From the NCBI GenBank assembly GCA_050250855.1, contig JBFWNW010000001.1:128001-192000 (forward strand): a stretch of 64,000 nt of DNA. Reading direction: 5' to 3'. This document shows positions 51,511-62,315 of this stretch, one piece after another. Below the pieces are notes generated by a model. That model was not told the origin of the DNA and made no database searches. It was given only the letters and a program-made list of their open reading frames with translations. The DNA comes from Candidatus Babeliales bacterium. GTDB taxonomy: Bacteria; Babelota; Babeliae; Babelales; JACPOV01. How positions within the stretch are numbered: position 1 is the first letter of the stretch; each line of letters starts with the position of its first letter. The position numbers were made by a program, and so were the translations under genes.

Positions 51511-54500
51511 TCAAATATTAGAGCGTTTTAGAGAATATATTAGCGCAACGAAATTTAACGCTATTCGCCTCGGACTTTCTTCACCTGAAAAGGTTCGTTC
51601 TCTTTCATATGGAGAAGTTAAAAAGATAGAGACAATAAACTATCGAACGCTAAAACCAGAAAGAGATGGCTTATTTTGTGCGCGTATTTTTGGTCCTGTA
51701 AAAGACTGGGAATGTAATTGCGGTAAATATAAGCGTATGAAACACCGTGGTGTTACCTGCGAAAAGTGTGGCGTTGAAGTTATTCAATCACGTGTTAGAC
51801 GTGAGCGAATGGGCCATATTGAGCTTGTTGCGCCGGTGTGCCATATTTGGTACTTAAAAGGTATCCCGAGCTATTTAGGTATAGTTATAGATATTCCGGT
51901 TAAGGACTTAGAACGAGTTATCTACTTTGATGCTTATATGGTTATACGCCAAGGAAATTCTCCTTATGCGCCAAAAACCCTATTAAATCATGCGGAATAT
52001 GAACAATATTTAGATACGCATCCTGAAGATATAGATTTTAAGGCTGAGGTTGGTGCTGAGGCTATCCGCCTTTATTTACAAGGCATAGATTTAGCACTTG
52101 AAGTTGCTCATTTAGAAAGAGAATACGAAAAATCAACAGCTGTTGCTGCTCGTCACAAAATAATGCGACGAATCAAGGTTCTTTCTGAAATGATGCAATC
52201 TAATATCAATCCAGCTTGGATGATTATGGGTGTATTGCCTGTTTTACCGCCAGACTTAAGACCGCTTGTACCGTTGGAAGGTGGTCGTTTTGCAAGTTCT
52301 GATTTAAACGAATTGTATCGAAGAGTTTTAAATAGAAATATTCGTTTGCAGAGATTGCTTGAAATTGAAGCTCCTGCTGTTATTATTCGTAATGAAAAGC
52401 GTATGCTTCAAGAGTCGGTTGACGCTCTTATTGATAATGGTCGTCGAGGACAGGCTATTCGTGGATCTAATAAGCGCCCACTTAAATCTTTAAGTGAAAT
52501 GCTTCGTGGTAAGCAAGGTCGCTTCCGTCAAAACCTTTTGGGTAAACGTGTTGATTATTCTGGTCGTTCAGTGATCGTAGTTGATCCTGAGCTGCGTATG
52601 GATCAATGTGGATTACCAAAACTTATGGCTCTAGAGCTTTTCAAGCCATATATTTATGAAGGTTTGATTGCTCGCGAAGTAGCTCCTAATCTACGTGTTG
52701 CAAAGCGTATGGTAGAAGAATCTGCACCAGAAATTTGGGACGTATTAGAAGAAGTTGTTGCAAAGCGTCCAGTATTGCTGAACCGTGCTCCAACTCTTCA
52801 TCGCTTGGGTATTCAGGCTTTTTATCCTAGTTTGGTTGATGGAAAAGCTATCAAAATTCATCCTCTTGTTTGTGCGGCATTTAACGCTGACTTTGATGGT
52901 GACCAGATGGCGGTTCATATCCCATTAAATGAGAAAGCTCAAATAGAAGCGGAAACGTTGATGTTGTCTTCAAAGAATATTTTGTCAGTTGCGAATGGTC
53001 GTTCATTGGCCGTTCCTTCTCAGGATATGATTTTAGGATTGCATTATATGACTAAAGTTCGCTGTAATGCTCGAGGAGAAGGTGTAGTCTTTTCTGGTGT
53101 ACAAGAAGTTCTAACAGCTTTTCAGCATAATCAAGTAGATCTTCATGCGCGTATTAAAATGAGAATTTTGAATGGTGATATTGTTGAGACAACGGTAGGC
53201 AGAGTTATTCTGTACAATGCATTGCCAGAAGGTTCAGAATTTTATTGGATCAATAAAGTAATGAAACGCAGTGATGTAACTCGTATGATTGAAAAAATCT
53301 ACCATCGCTTTGGCAATGAGGCTACTGTTGCATGTTTAGATAAAATTAAGAAACTAGGTTTCTTCTATTCTACTCATGGTGGTATTTCGTTCTCATTAGG
53401 AAACTTAGTTGTTCCTGCTGCTAAAAATGAAGTGGTAAAACGTGCAGAAAAAGAAGTTCAGCGCATTGAAAAAATGTATATGGACGGTGTTATAACAAAT
53501 GGTGAGCGCCATAATAAGGTTCTTGCTATTTGGTATCATGCTACTGCTGAAGTTGCAGGTGATGTTGCCAAAGATTTAGAAGAAGAAAATCAAATTGCTT
53601 TTGCAAATAAAGATAAAGACTTTAAGCCATTTAATCCTATCTTTATGATGCTTGATTCTGGTGCACGTGGTTCAAAAGATCAGATTAAACAGCTAGTTGG
53701 TATGCGTGGTCTTATGGCCAAGCCGTCTGGTGAAGTTATGGAAACTCCGGTTAAAAGTAACTTTAAAGATGGCCTGAGCGTTTTTGAATACTTTATTTCT
53801 ACGCATGGTGCCCGTAAAGGACAAGCTGATACAGCATTAAAAACAGCAAACTCTGGTTACCTAACGCGTAAGCTTGTTGATGTTGCTCAAGACGTTGTTA
53901 TTACAATTAAAGATTGCGGCACAATGGCTTATATTGATATGGAAGATTTGAAAGAGGGTGGTGATATTATAAACCCTATTGCAAATCGAGTATTCGGTCG
54001 CATTGTAGCGGCGGACGTTAAAGACCCGGTTTCTGGTCAAATGTTGTTCAAACAAGGACATCTGGTTAATCGAGATGATGTTAATACTATCGCTAATTCT
54101 GCATTATCAAGGATACCTACCAAATCTGTGTTGACGTGCCATGCAAAACGTGGTGTTTGCTCGATGTGTTATGGTATGGATTTATCTAAAGGTCAGATGG
54201 TTGAAGTTGGAACGACTGTTGGTATTATAGCAGCTCAATCTATTGGTGAACCAGGTACGCAGCTTACCATGAGAACGTTCCACATTGGTGGTATTGCTAG
54301 TGGTACAGCAGAGCAATCTCATATTACTGCGCGCCATAATGGTATTGTTCAATTACGTGGTGTTCGTACTATTCAAAATAAAGATGGTAAAAACATTATT
54401 ATGAGTCGTAAAGCGTCTATCGTAATTCTTTCTGATGACGGTAGAGAGCTTCAGCAACATAATGTTGAGTACGGTTCTATCTTGCTTGTACACGATAAGC

Positions 54501-55645
54501 AAGAAATAAAATCTGGTACAAGGCTAGCTGAATGGGATCCAAACTCAACAGTAATTATTACTGAAAAGAGCGGTATTATTAATTATGTTGACTTGGTTGA
54601 CAATGTTACGGTTCAAACAGTATTTGACGAGGCGACGAACAAATCAAGTAAAATTGTTTTAGAGCATCGTGATGAAAAATATCAGCCTTCTATAGCTATT
54701 GTTGATCAAGAAGATGAAGAGCTTGCTCAATATTACTTGCCTACAGGTGCTTACTTGGCAGTTGATAAAGGAGCAAAAGTTCAAGCTGGAGACATTTTAG
54801 TTAAAATTCCTCGAGAAACCTTTAAAACTAAAGATATCGCCGGTGGTTTACCACGTATTGCTGAGCTTTTTGAAGCACGAGTTCCAAAAGATCCAGCTAT
54901 TATTTCAGACATAGATGGTGAAGTGGTATTCGGTGGTATTCATCGAGGCTTGCGTAAGGTAACCGTTGTTAACGCGTATGAGTCTTTTGATTACTTTATT
55001 CCGCGTGGTAAACAGTTGAATGTTGCTAATGGGGATAAAGTAAATGCAGGAGATCAGTTGACGACTGGTGTTCCTGTGTTGCATGATGTTTTAAGAATTT
55101 TAGGGCCAGAAGTACTTCAAAAGTATTTAGTTGGACAAATTCAAGAAATTTATATGCTACAAGGTGTAACCATTAACGACCGCCATGTTGAGCTTATTGT
55201 TCGCCAAATGCTTCGTAAAGTGCGTGTGGTTGATTCTGGAGATACTGATTTCCTTATTGGTGATCGTGTTGATAAAATTCACTTTAAATCGGTGAATGCA
55301 TTGTTACAAGCAGAAGGCAAAAAAGTAGCTGCAGCAAAACCTACTCTTATGGGTATTACGCTTGCATCTCTTGATACAGAAAGCTTTATTTCAGCAGCTT
55401 CTTTCCAAGAAACAACGAAGATTCTTGCTGAAGCATCTATATCAGGTGCTGTTGATAACTTGTATGGCTTAAAAGAAAATGTAATTATTGGTAAACTGAT
55501 TCCAGCAGGTACAGGTATTAAGTCTTTTAGAGAAAAGTACCTTGGTAGCGAAGAATCAGAGTTTGAAAAAGAAGCGCGCGCTGAAGAAATAGCAACTATG
55601 ACGCGCGCTAAAACGAATAGTAAACAGAGAACAAAAACGGTATAA
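51503..55645 (+). CDS. rpoC: RNA polymerase beta' subunit
   Basis: GTG start after AGGAGG overlapping the rpoB end; NADFDGD; Zn finger motifs. Confidence 0.99.
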   Translation: MSNQILERFREYISATKFNAIRLGLSSPEKVRSLSYGEVKKIETINYRTLKPERDGLFCARIFGPVKDWECNCGKYKRMKHRGVTCEKCGVEVIQSRVRRERMGHIELVAPVCHIWYLKGIPSYLGIVIDIPVKDLERVIYFDAYMVIRQGNSPYAPKTLLNHAEYEQYLDTHPEDIDFKAEVGAEAIRLYLQGIDLALEVAHLEREYEKSTAVAARHKIMRRIKVLSEMMQSNINPAWMIMGVLPVLPPDLRPLVPLEGGRFASSDLNELYRRVLNRNIRLQRLLEIEAPAVIIRNEKRMLQESVDALIDNGRRGQAIRGSNKRPLKSLSEMLRGKQGRFRQNLLGKRVDYSGRSVIVVDPELRMDQCGLPKLMALELFKPYIYEGLIAREVAPNLRVAKRMVEESAPEIWDVLEEVVAKRPVLLNRAPTLHRLGIQAFYPSLVDGKAIKIHPLVCAAFNADFDGDQMAVHIPLNEKAQIEAETLMLSSKNILSVANGRSLAVPSQDMILGLHYMTKVRCNARGEGVVFSGVQEVLTAFQHNQVDLHARIKMRILNGDIVETTVGRVILYNALPEGSEFYWINKVMKRSDVTRMIEKIYHRFGNEATVACLDKIKKLGFFYSTHGGISFSLGNLVVPAAKNEVVKRAEKEVQRIEKMYMDGVITNGERHNKVLAIWYHATAEVAGDVAKDLEEENQIAFANKDKDFKPFNPIFMMLDSGARGSKDQIKQLVGMRGLMAKPSGEVMETPVKSNFKDGLSVFEYFISTHGARKGQADTALKTANSGYLTRKLVDVAQDVVITIKDCGTMAYIDMEDLKEGGDIINPIANRVFGRIVAADVKDPVSGQMLFKQGHLVNRDDVNTIANSALSRIPTKSVLTCHAKRGVCSMCYGMDLSKGQMVEVGTTVGIIAAQSIGEPGTQLTMRTFHIGGIASGTAEQSHITARHNGIVQLRGVRTIQNKDGKNIIMSRKASIVILSDDGRELQQHNVEYGSILLVHDKQEIKSGTRLAEWDPNSTVIITEKSGIINYVDLVDNVTVQTVFDEATNKSSKIVLEHRDEKYQPSIAIVDQEDEELAQYYLPTGAYLAVDKGAKVQAGDILVKIPRETFKTKDIAGGLPRIAELFEARVPKDPAIISDIDGEVVFGGIHRGLRKVTVVNAYESFDYFIPRGKQLNVANGDKVNAGDQLTTGVPVLHDVLRILGPEVLQKYLVGQIQEIYMLQGVTINDRHVELIVRQMLRKVRVVDSGDTDFLIGDRVDKIHFKSVNALLQAEGKKVAAAKPTLMGITLASLDTESFISAASFQETTKILAEASISGAVDNLYGLKENVIIGKLIPAGTGIKSFREKYLGSEESEFEKEARAEEIATMTRAKTNSKQRTKTV

Positions 55646-55658
55646 TAAATATTGTTGT

Positions 55659-55733
55659 AGGCGCGTAGCTCAGCGGCAGAGCACTGCTTTGACGTAGCAG
55701 GGGTCAGCGGTTCAAATCCGCTCGTGCCTACCA
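55659..55733 (+). tRNA. tRNA-Val(GAC)
   Basis: CTGCT-TTGACGT-AGCAG anticodon arm, T-arm GGTTCAAATCC, CCA. Confidence 0.94.
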
Positions 55734-55775
55734 TATAATAAAGAAAGTAACAGTTAATAACCTTAGGCAGGAACT

Positions 55776-56039
55776 ATGGAGAAGACAATAAAACAAAAGT
55801 TAGTGCAAGATTTTGGCAAGAGTGCTCAAGATACTGGATGTACAGCAGTGCAAATTGCATTATGGACTGAAAAAATTAAATTGCTTGAAGAGCATTTTAA
55901 AAAATTTCCAAAAGATGTAGGTTCTAAGCGTGGTTTGTTAAAAGCTGTTGCTAGTAGACGTAGCGCATTGTCGTATCTTGAAAAAAATAATCAAGAAGAA
56001 TATCAATCAGTTATCAAGCGTCTGAATTTAAGAAAATAA
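55776..56039 (+). CDS. rpsO: 30S ribosomal protein S15
   Basis: DTG..AVQIA, KD..SKRGLLK.V, LNLRK; upstream of pnp. Confidence 0.95.
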   Translation: MEKTIKQKLVQDFGKSAQDTGCTAVQIALWTEKIKLLEEHFKKFPKDVGSKRGLLKAVASRRSALSYLEKNNQEEYQSVIKRLNLRK

Positions 56040-56087
56040 TTTAAAACAATAAAGATGCTTGATTGTTTCAGGTTTAGGATTTAATGT

Positions 56088-58178
56088 ATGGTAAAAAAAT
56101 TTACACTTCCCGATTTTAATTATGAAGTAGAACTTGGCAAATTTGCACAGCAAGCAGACGGTGCTGCTTGGTTTAAACAAGGTGGTACCGTTGTATTAGC
56201 AACAGTGGTTTCTCAGCCTACTAAAGATTTTCCAGGCTTTTTACCGCTTTCTGTTGACTATCGTGAGCAATTTTCTGCTGCAGGCAAAATACCAGGTGGC
56301 TATTTTAAAAGGGAAGGAAAGTCGACTGATAAAGAAGTCTTGACAAGTCGCCTTATTGATAGAGCTATACGTCCTTTATTTCCTGAAACATATTTTAATC
56401 AAGTTCAAGTTTTGGTTACGGTATATTCTGTAGATAAAGAGCATATGCCAGCAACCATGTCGCTCGTTGCAGCTTCAGTTGCTTTATCAACAGCAAATAT
56501 TCCTTTCATGGGGCCAATTGGTGCAGTTGAAGTTGCTCGCGTAAAAGGCGAGTGGATTTTTAATCCTACTTATCCACAAGCTCAAGAATCTGACGTTCGT
56601 TTGGTAGTAGCTGGAACGGATGAAGGTATTAACATGGTTGAAGGATGTTTGAATGAAGTACCTGAAGACCAACTCGTTGATATTCTTTTCAGAGCACATG
56701 AAAAAATTAAAAAACAGGTTGAGTGGCAAAAGAATATTCAAAAAGAGTTTCAAGTAAAACCTGAAGAAATCCAAGAGCATGGCGATTGGGCATTATTCAG
56801 ACAAAAAGCAGAAGATTATTTGACGCCAGAGCGTTTAAAAACAATTTTTGTTCCTGACAAAGAGCAACGTGATCTGGCAATGGCAGCGCTTAAAGATACC
56901 TTTATGACTGAGCAAAAAGGGTTCATAGAAGAGCAGGGTGTTCCTGAAAACTTTATTGAATATATTTATGAAAAAGTTTTTGCTGAAAAAGCAAGTGATC
57001 AAGTTTTTGCCATGAAGCACCGTATCGATGGTAGACCATATGATAAAGTTCGCGCTATTTCTGTTGAAGTAGGGCTTTTGCCTTTTACTCATGGATCTTC
57101 ATTATTTACGCGTGGTCGTACACAAGCGTTAGCAAGTGTTACCTTGGGTGGTGGTCAAGATAAGCAAATGGTTGAAGGCTTAATGGGTGATACTCTTGAA
57201 AAATCATTCATGCTTCATTATAATTTTCCGCCTTTCTCTTCCGGTGAAGTTAAACCTTTGCGTGGTCCTGGTAGACGTGAAGTAGGGCATGGGTATTTGG
57301 CTAATTCTGCACTAGAACATATGCTTCCTGCTGCCGATAAGTTTCCTTATACTATTCGTATTGTTGTAGATATTTTAGAATCTGATGGTTCTACTTCTAT
57401 GGCAACTACCTGTGCTTCAACTATGGCTTTGATGAATGCCGGTGTTCCTATCAAAAAGATGGTGAGTGGCGTTGCTATGGGTCTTTTAAGATCACCAGAA
57501 GGTGTTTTCCAAGCAATTACTGATATTACCGGCAGTGAAGATGCTTACGGTCTGATGGACTTTAAAGTATGTGGAACGCAAGATGGTGTCACTGCAATCC
57601 AAATGGATATTAAATATAAAGGTGGATTGCCTAAAGAAGTATTCCAAAAAGCATTAGCTCAAGCAAAAGAAGGTCGCTTACATATTTTGGGTGAGATGCA
57701 AAAAGTTATGACGGCACCAAGTCCTGAACTTTCTAAATTGGTACCAAAAATTGTAACTGTAAAAGTTCCAACTGATAAAATTGGTGCAATTATTGGTTCT
57801 GGCGGGAAGATTATTAAAGAGATCATTGAAAAAACACGTACTCAAATTGATATTGAGGACGATGGTACCGTTAACGTATACGGAACACCAGAAGCTGATC
57901 TCGATCAAGCAATAAATTGGATTAATACGCTTGCTGGGCAGATCAAAAAAGGAACTATTTATAAAGGCCGTGTGAAAAGAACAGCAGACTTTGGTGTATT
58001 TGTTGAAATTGCACCAGGACAAGATGGCCTTGTACATATTTCTGCTATTGATCGAGCAAAGCAGCAAAACTTGTCAAAGTTTTACCCAAGTGATACAGAA
58101 ATTCCTGTTGAAGTTATTGATTATGATGAATCTACAGGAAGAATTCGCTTGAGATTCCTTGAAGAAGCACCAAAATAA
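56088..58178 (+). CDS. pnp: Polyribonucleotide nucleotidyltransferase (PNPase)
   Basis: Two RNase PH domains, RREVGHG, MDFKV, KH (IGAIIGSGG) and S1 domains. Confidence 0.97.
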   Translation: MVKKFTLPDFNYEVELGKFAQQADGAAWFKQGGTVVLATVVSQPTKDFPGFLPLSVDYREQFSAAGKIPGGYFKREGKSTDKEVLTSRLIDRAIRPLFPETYFNQVQVLVTVYSVDKEHMPATMSLVAASVALSTANIPFMGPIGAVEVARVKGEWIFNPTYPQAQESDVRLVVAGTDEGINMVEGCLNEVPEDQLVDILFRAHEKIKKQVEWQKNIQKEFQVKPEEIQEHGDWALFRQKAEDYLTPERLKTIFVPDKEQRDLAMAALKDTFMTEQKGFIEEQGVPENFIEYIYEKVFAEKASDQVFAMKHRIDGRPYDKVRAISVEVGLLPFTHGSSLFTRGRTQALASVTLGGGQDKQMVEGLMGDTLEKSFMLHYNFPPFSSGEVKPLRGPGRREVGHGYLANSALEHMLPAADKFPYTIRIVVDILESDGSTSMATTCASTMALMNAGVPIKKMVSGVAMGLLRSPEGVFQAITDITGSEDAYGLMDFKVCGTQDGVTAIQMDIKYKGGLPKEVFQKALAQAKEGRLHILGEMQKVMTAPSPELSKLVPKIVTVKVPTDKIGAIIGSGGKIIKEIIEKTRTQIDIEDDGTVNVYGTPEADLDQAINWINTLAGQIKKGTIYKGRVKRTADFGVFVEIAPGQDGLVHISAIDRAKQQNLSKFYPSDTEIPVEVIDYDESTGRIRLRFLEEAPK

Positions 58179-58190
58179 AGGTCTGATTTT

Positions 58191-58964
58191 ATGCCACGTA
58201 GCTACAAAAGAACGCCAGATCAAGTTCGCCCTTTAAAGATTACAAAGCATGTTGCCGGTAATGCTGATGGATCTGTGTTGCTAGAGCTTGGCAAGACTAA
58301 AGTTATTTGTACTGCTTCGTTGGCCAATACAACGCCGCATTTTTTGAGAAATAAAGATAAGTGGTGGCTTACCGCTTCCTACAATTTATTACCGGCCTCA
58401 GCACAAACTCGTGTTGAGCGAGAATCTATAGCAAAGCGTAACGAACGTTCTGTAGAAATATCTCGTTTGATAGGAAGATCTTTGCGTTCTATTGTTTCTT
58501 TGCACGATATGGGCAGTGAAAAAACAATCTATATTGATTGTGATGTATTGCAAGCAGATGGAAGTACCCGTTGCGCGAGCATTACGGGTGCTTTTGTTGC
58601 ACTTCAATTGGCTGAGCAAAAATGGCTTTCTCAAGGCATTATCAAGCAACCATTTATACAAGATGAGCTTGTAGCAGTATCCTGTGGTATTTTAGATGGA
58701 ACAGCGCTTGTCGATATAGATTATGCAGAAGATAGTAATGGTGTGGCAGATTTTAATTTTGTCATGACGCGTTCTGGCAATATTATTGAAATTCAAGGCT
58801 CTGCTGAACAAAAACCTATTGCATGGAATCAAGTTGCATTGCTGGCCACGCTTGCTCATAAAGGGATTCAAGATATTTTTGCTTTTCTTGATAATCAAGA
58901 TACTCCCGTAAAGCATGATAAAAAATTACAGGTCTCGCTTAAAGAACTATTACAAAGTCAATAA
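58191..58964 (+). CDS. rph: Ribonuclease PH
   Basis: EISRLIGRSLR, DCDVLQADGSTR, DYAEDS, IEIQGSAE. Confidence 0.95.
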   Translation: MPRSYKRTPDQVRPLKITKHVAGNADGSVLLELGKTKVICTASLANTTPHFLRNKDKWWLTASYNLLPASAQTRVERESIAKRNERSVEISRLIGRSLRSIVSLHDMGSEKTIYIDCDVLQADGSTRCASITGAFVALQLAEQKWLSQGIIKQPFIQDELVAVSCGILDGTALVDIDYAEDSNGVADFNFVMTRSGNIIEIQGSAEQKPIAWNQVALLATLAHKGIQDIFAFLDNQDTPVKHDKKLQVSLKELLQSQ

Positions 58965-58966
58965 CT

Positions 58967-59914
58967 ATGGATTTTAAAGCACTTGTTATGTTATTTGAGG
59001 AAACTGGATTAGAAAAAAATCCAGTTTTTTGTTTTACCGGATCTGACTATCCTGTGCTTTTCTTTTCATTGCTCAAACAGCAGTGGGCTCCTCGTTTGCA
59101 AGGGAATATTCGTTCAATTGATGGAGAATCTATTGATTTTGAACAGTTTAAATCAGAGCTTTCTGTAGCATTTTTGGCAACAAGCTTGGTTTATTGGTGC
59201 GGTAATATCAGTGCTTTTGATGCCAAGCTGCAAAAAAAATTTTTAGCATTTGCTCAGCAGTATCAAGGACCACACAAATTGGTTTTTTTTATTGAAAAAG
59301 TTCCCGCAGAATTAAAAAAAAGAACAGATGTTTCAGTACTAGAACTTTCTGCAGAACTTACTAAAGAGCATTGGCATGAAATAGCGCAGCTTTTTTTTGA
59401 AAAAACACCCATTAATAGTCAGGTTATTGATTCTTTGGTAAAAAAAGTTGGTGCTGTATCTTTAGATACCATTTGTCTTTTATTGCATTATGCCACGTTA
59501 TTAAGCCGTGCCTCGGTTGGACCATTTATTGAGCAATGGCTGCCGATGATCTTGAATGCTGAAAAATCACTATTCACCCTAAGTGCTCATTTTTTTGCCC
59601 AAAAAAGTAAAGAATTCTTTGCTCTATGGTATGAGCTCAAAGATACGTATCCACCACAATTCTGGATCTCCTATTGGTCCGAGCAGCTTTTTAGAGCAAC
59701 ATTTTTTGTAAAATATGCTAAAGCGCAGAATTTTTTAGAAGCAAAAAAAATAGCCTATCGCTTGCCATTTACGTTTATTAAAAAAGATTGGAAGAGCTTT
59801 TCCACAAAGCATTTAATCATGGCTCATGATTTTTTATATGATATTGATTATCAGCTGAAAAACGGTGGTCAGCCATTTGCGCTTGAACTATTTTATAGCA
59901 GATTTTTTGTCTAA
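58967..59914 (+). CDS. Divergent DNA polymerase III delta (HolA)-like protein
   Basis: Size and C-terminal LYDIDYQLKNG..FALELF pattern resemble HolA; similarity elsewhere is weak. Confidence 0.55.
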   Translation: MDFKALVMLFEETGLEKNPVFCFTGSDYPVLFFSLLKQQWAPRLQGNIRSIDGESIDFEQFKSELSVAFLATSLVYWCGNISAFDAKLQKKFLAFAQQYQGPHKLVFFIEKVPAELKKRTDVSVLELSAELTKEHWHEIAQLFFEKTPINSQVIDSLVKKVGAVSLDTICLLLHYATLLSRASVGPFIEQWLPMILNAEKSLFTLSAHFFAQKSKEFFALWYELKDTYPPQFWISYWSEQLFRATFFVKYAKAQNFLEAKKIAYRLPFTFIKKDWKSFSTKHLIMAHDFLYDIDYQLKNGGQPFALELFYSRFFV

Positions 59915-59923
59915 CCGTGTACT

Positions 59924-60289
59924 TTAATGCTCTTGAATAAACTTTTCTAGTTTTTGCACGCTCATTTGATTTTGAGTTTCTATCCAACTAAAATATTCTT
60001 CTAGGACGGAATCTTGATTTTTAATGATAGATATCTTCTCAGATTTTGTATTATCATAAATTTTTTTTCCCATAGTATAGTAAGCAAAGATGTTTTTTGC
60101 ATTTATAAGTGTAGAAAAATTAGCATTATTTGTTGATGACAAATTTGTATATACCGCTTCAAGAGTATTTTCCAAAAACTTGTTTTCTTTTCCGTTTTTT
60201 ACCATTTCGATTAAATCTGATATCTGAATTTCTTGGCACCATAATGTTTGACACGTAAAAAGAACTATAAAAATTAATAATTTTTTCAT
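59924..60289 (-). CDS. Secreted hypothetical protein
   Basis: MKKLLIFIVLF signal peptide. Confidence 0.7.
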   Translation of the reverse strand: MKKLLIFIVLFTCQTLWCQEIQISDLIEMVKNGKENKFLENTLEAVYTNLSSTNNANFSTLINAKNIFAYYTMGKKIYDNTKSEKISIIKNQDSVLEEYFSWIETQNQMSVQKLEKFIQEH

Positions 60290-60320
60290 AAATGTTTTGT
60301 AATTTTAAATGTTAATTAAG

Positions 60321-61223
60321 CTACTCTTGAGCGCCTTTTTCTAAAAGAATAGTTATGGTAGGTTCATGACCTATTTCTTTTGCGTATTGCAGAATTTTTG
60401 TGTTATAGTAAAAGCCATTAGGGTTTGCGCCATGTTCAAGGAGAAGCTTTACTGTCTCAGGAAATTTCTTTTTAATAGCAATGGTTAAAGGTGACTCTGA
60501 ATTTGAATTTGGGCGGTCGATAGCAATATTTTTTTGCTGTAAAAGGAACGTTATAATAGGTAAAGAATTTTCCTTTACAGCAAAGGTTAGAGATGTCTCA
60601 TTTTTTTCACAAAGTTCATTAATGCTAGCTCCATGAGCGATTAAGCTCGACATTATTTTAGTAGTATCATGATTAGCATCGTATTCATTAATAGCATAAT
60701 GAAGTGGTTTAAATCTAGATGCATCAGCTGCATTTGGGTTGGCATTGTATTTTAGAAGAAGATTGATCATAGCAAGACTGTTTGCAAGATGGATTGGTCT
60801 TTGCCCTATTATAGTATAATTATTATTAGGATTAGCCCCATGTCTGAGTAAACATTCTGCAGTTTCAATATAATCAAACTCTGTAGCTACACTTAAAGCG
60901 TCTCGTCCTCCATATTCAACATTGATATTTGCTTTTTTTTCAAGAAGTGCTTCTACAACAGAAGGTTGATTATAAGCGGTGGCATATATTAAATGGGGTG
61001 CTCTTAGAACATAATCATCATTAAGATCGCAGTTTTCTTGATTGATGATTTCAAGTGCTTTTTCTTTATTTCCTGAACAGATTGCTTCTATTAAAGGTGT
61101 ATGTTTGGGCGAATGTCGTTCAAGCTGTTTACGATAGCATATTTCACGAGAGCTTAATTCCATTCCTAAAAAAGATTGATTCAAAAGTAATATAATGATG
61201 CCTATGTTATAAAAATTTTTCAT
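60321..61223 (-). CDS. Ankyrin-repeat protein with signal peptide
   Basis: TPLIEA, LLRHGANPN, PLHYA, LLEHGANPN repeats; N-terminus ends FLG-MEL. Confidence 0.93.
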   Translation of the reverse strand: MKNFYNIGIIILLLNQSFLGMELSSREICYRKQLERHSPKHTPLIEAICSGNKEKALEIINQENCDLNDDYVLRAPHLIYATAYNQPSVVEALLEKKANINVEYGGRDALSVATEFDYIETAECLLRHGANPNNNYTIIGQRPIHLANSLAMINLLLKYNANPNAADASRFKPLHYAINEYDANHDTTKIMSSLIAHGASINELCEKNETSLTFAVKENSLPIITFLLQQKNIAIDRPNSNSESPLTIAIKKKFPETVKLLLEHGANPNGFYYNTKILQYAKEIGHEPTITILLEKGAQE

Positions 61224-61238
61224 AGAATTAATATCTTT

Positions 61239-62315
61239 TTATTTAAGTTTAATATCCATAATAATGGGCAGGTGGTCACTTGCATTGCTATAGTATACAT
61301 AACTTCCTGCCAGAGGTAAATGCCACGTTGGTGCGAGCATAATAAAATCTATAGATGTTCCTGACCATGTGGTAAAATGTGGCCCATGCCAACCAAGTTG
61401 AGAAAATGAATCGGTATACTTTTTATTATGAAGTTCATCAAGAACGAGCGTTGGTGTTGTCCGATTGAGCGCAGCTTTATTTTCTTGTATTACAAGATCC
61501 CAGCCACTTTGTTTGTTAATGGTATAATCATAATCTTGCTTGCGTACAGCATTAAAATCTGCGGCAATCAATACATTCTTTGTACAGAAAGGAAATGCTA
61601 AAATTTCCTTGATCTGTGCAAGGCGATACTCTTCAGTTGGATCTGAAACTTCTAAATGAGTGCCAATAATCTCTAACGGTTGTTCTAGTTGCGGAATCAT
61701 CAATTGCGTATAAATATAGCAACGCTCTTCACCACGTTCTTTGAGTTGGCTTTCGAATGAAACAGATTTTGATTTTTGTGGTTTTATTTTAGAAATAATA
61801 ACATTACCAAACCAATCACCAGCTTTAAATGCTTGGTTTTTATATGTTTTACAGCCAAGTATGGTTTGATAGCCAAGTTTTTTTAATTTTTTTTGCAGGG
61901 CTGTTGTATTATGTTCAAAAGCATTACTATCCTCTACATAAAGTTCTTGCAGTACGGCAACATCTGGATTTATCTTTTCTATACTGTGTAAGATGGTATG
62001 TTCACTAGGTTTATTGTTAGAATCTTTTAAGAAATGTACATTGTAGGACAGGATTCTAAAAATATCATTTTTCTTTTTTGGAATTTTATTATTTTCATTA
62101 AGAGCAGCCTGAATAGTTTTTTCAAAAAGATCTAGTTTTTCTTGGCGATTGATAGCAGTAGGTTTTTCTTGATGCGCGATTTTGTGCCATAGTTGGTGGA
62201 TGGGCATTGTTTGGTGCTGTTTTGGTGTTGCTACTTTATTTGCGTTAAGAAAAAGAGTGGTTATAACTCCTATAGTTAGTACAGAAGCCAAAATAGTTTT
62301 TTTGTAGTGTATCAT
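61239..62315 (-). CDS. Endonuclease/exonuclease/phosphatase (EEP) family protein, exported or anchored
   Basis: SYNV, LQE, THL, ADFN, IDFI, SDHLPI. Confidence 0.9.
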   Translation of the reverse strand: MIHYKKTILASVLTIGVITTLFLNANKVATPKQHQTMPIHQLWHKIAHQEKPTAINRQEKLDLFEKTIQAALNENNKIPKKKNDIFRILSYNVHFLKDSNNKPSEHTILHSIEKINPDVAVLQELYVEDSNAFEHNTTALQKKLKKLGYQTILGCKTYKNQAFKAGDWFGNVIISKIKPQKSKSVSFESQLKERGEERCYIYTQLMIPQLEQPLEIIGTHLEVSDPTEEYRLAQIKEILAFPFCTKNVLIAADFNAVRKQDYDYTINKQSGWDLVIQENKAALNRTTPTLVLDELHNKKYTDSFSQLGWHGPHFTTWSGTSIDFIMLAPTWHLPLAGSYVYYSNASDHLPIIMDIKLK

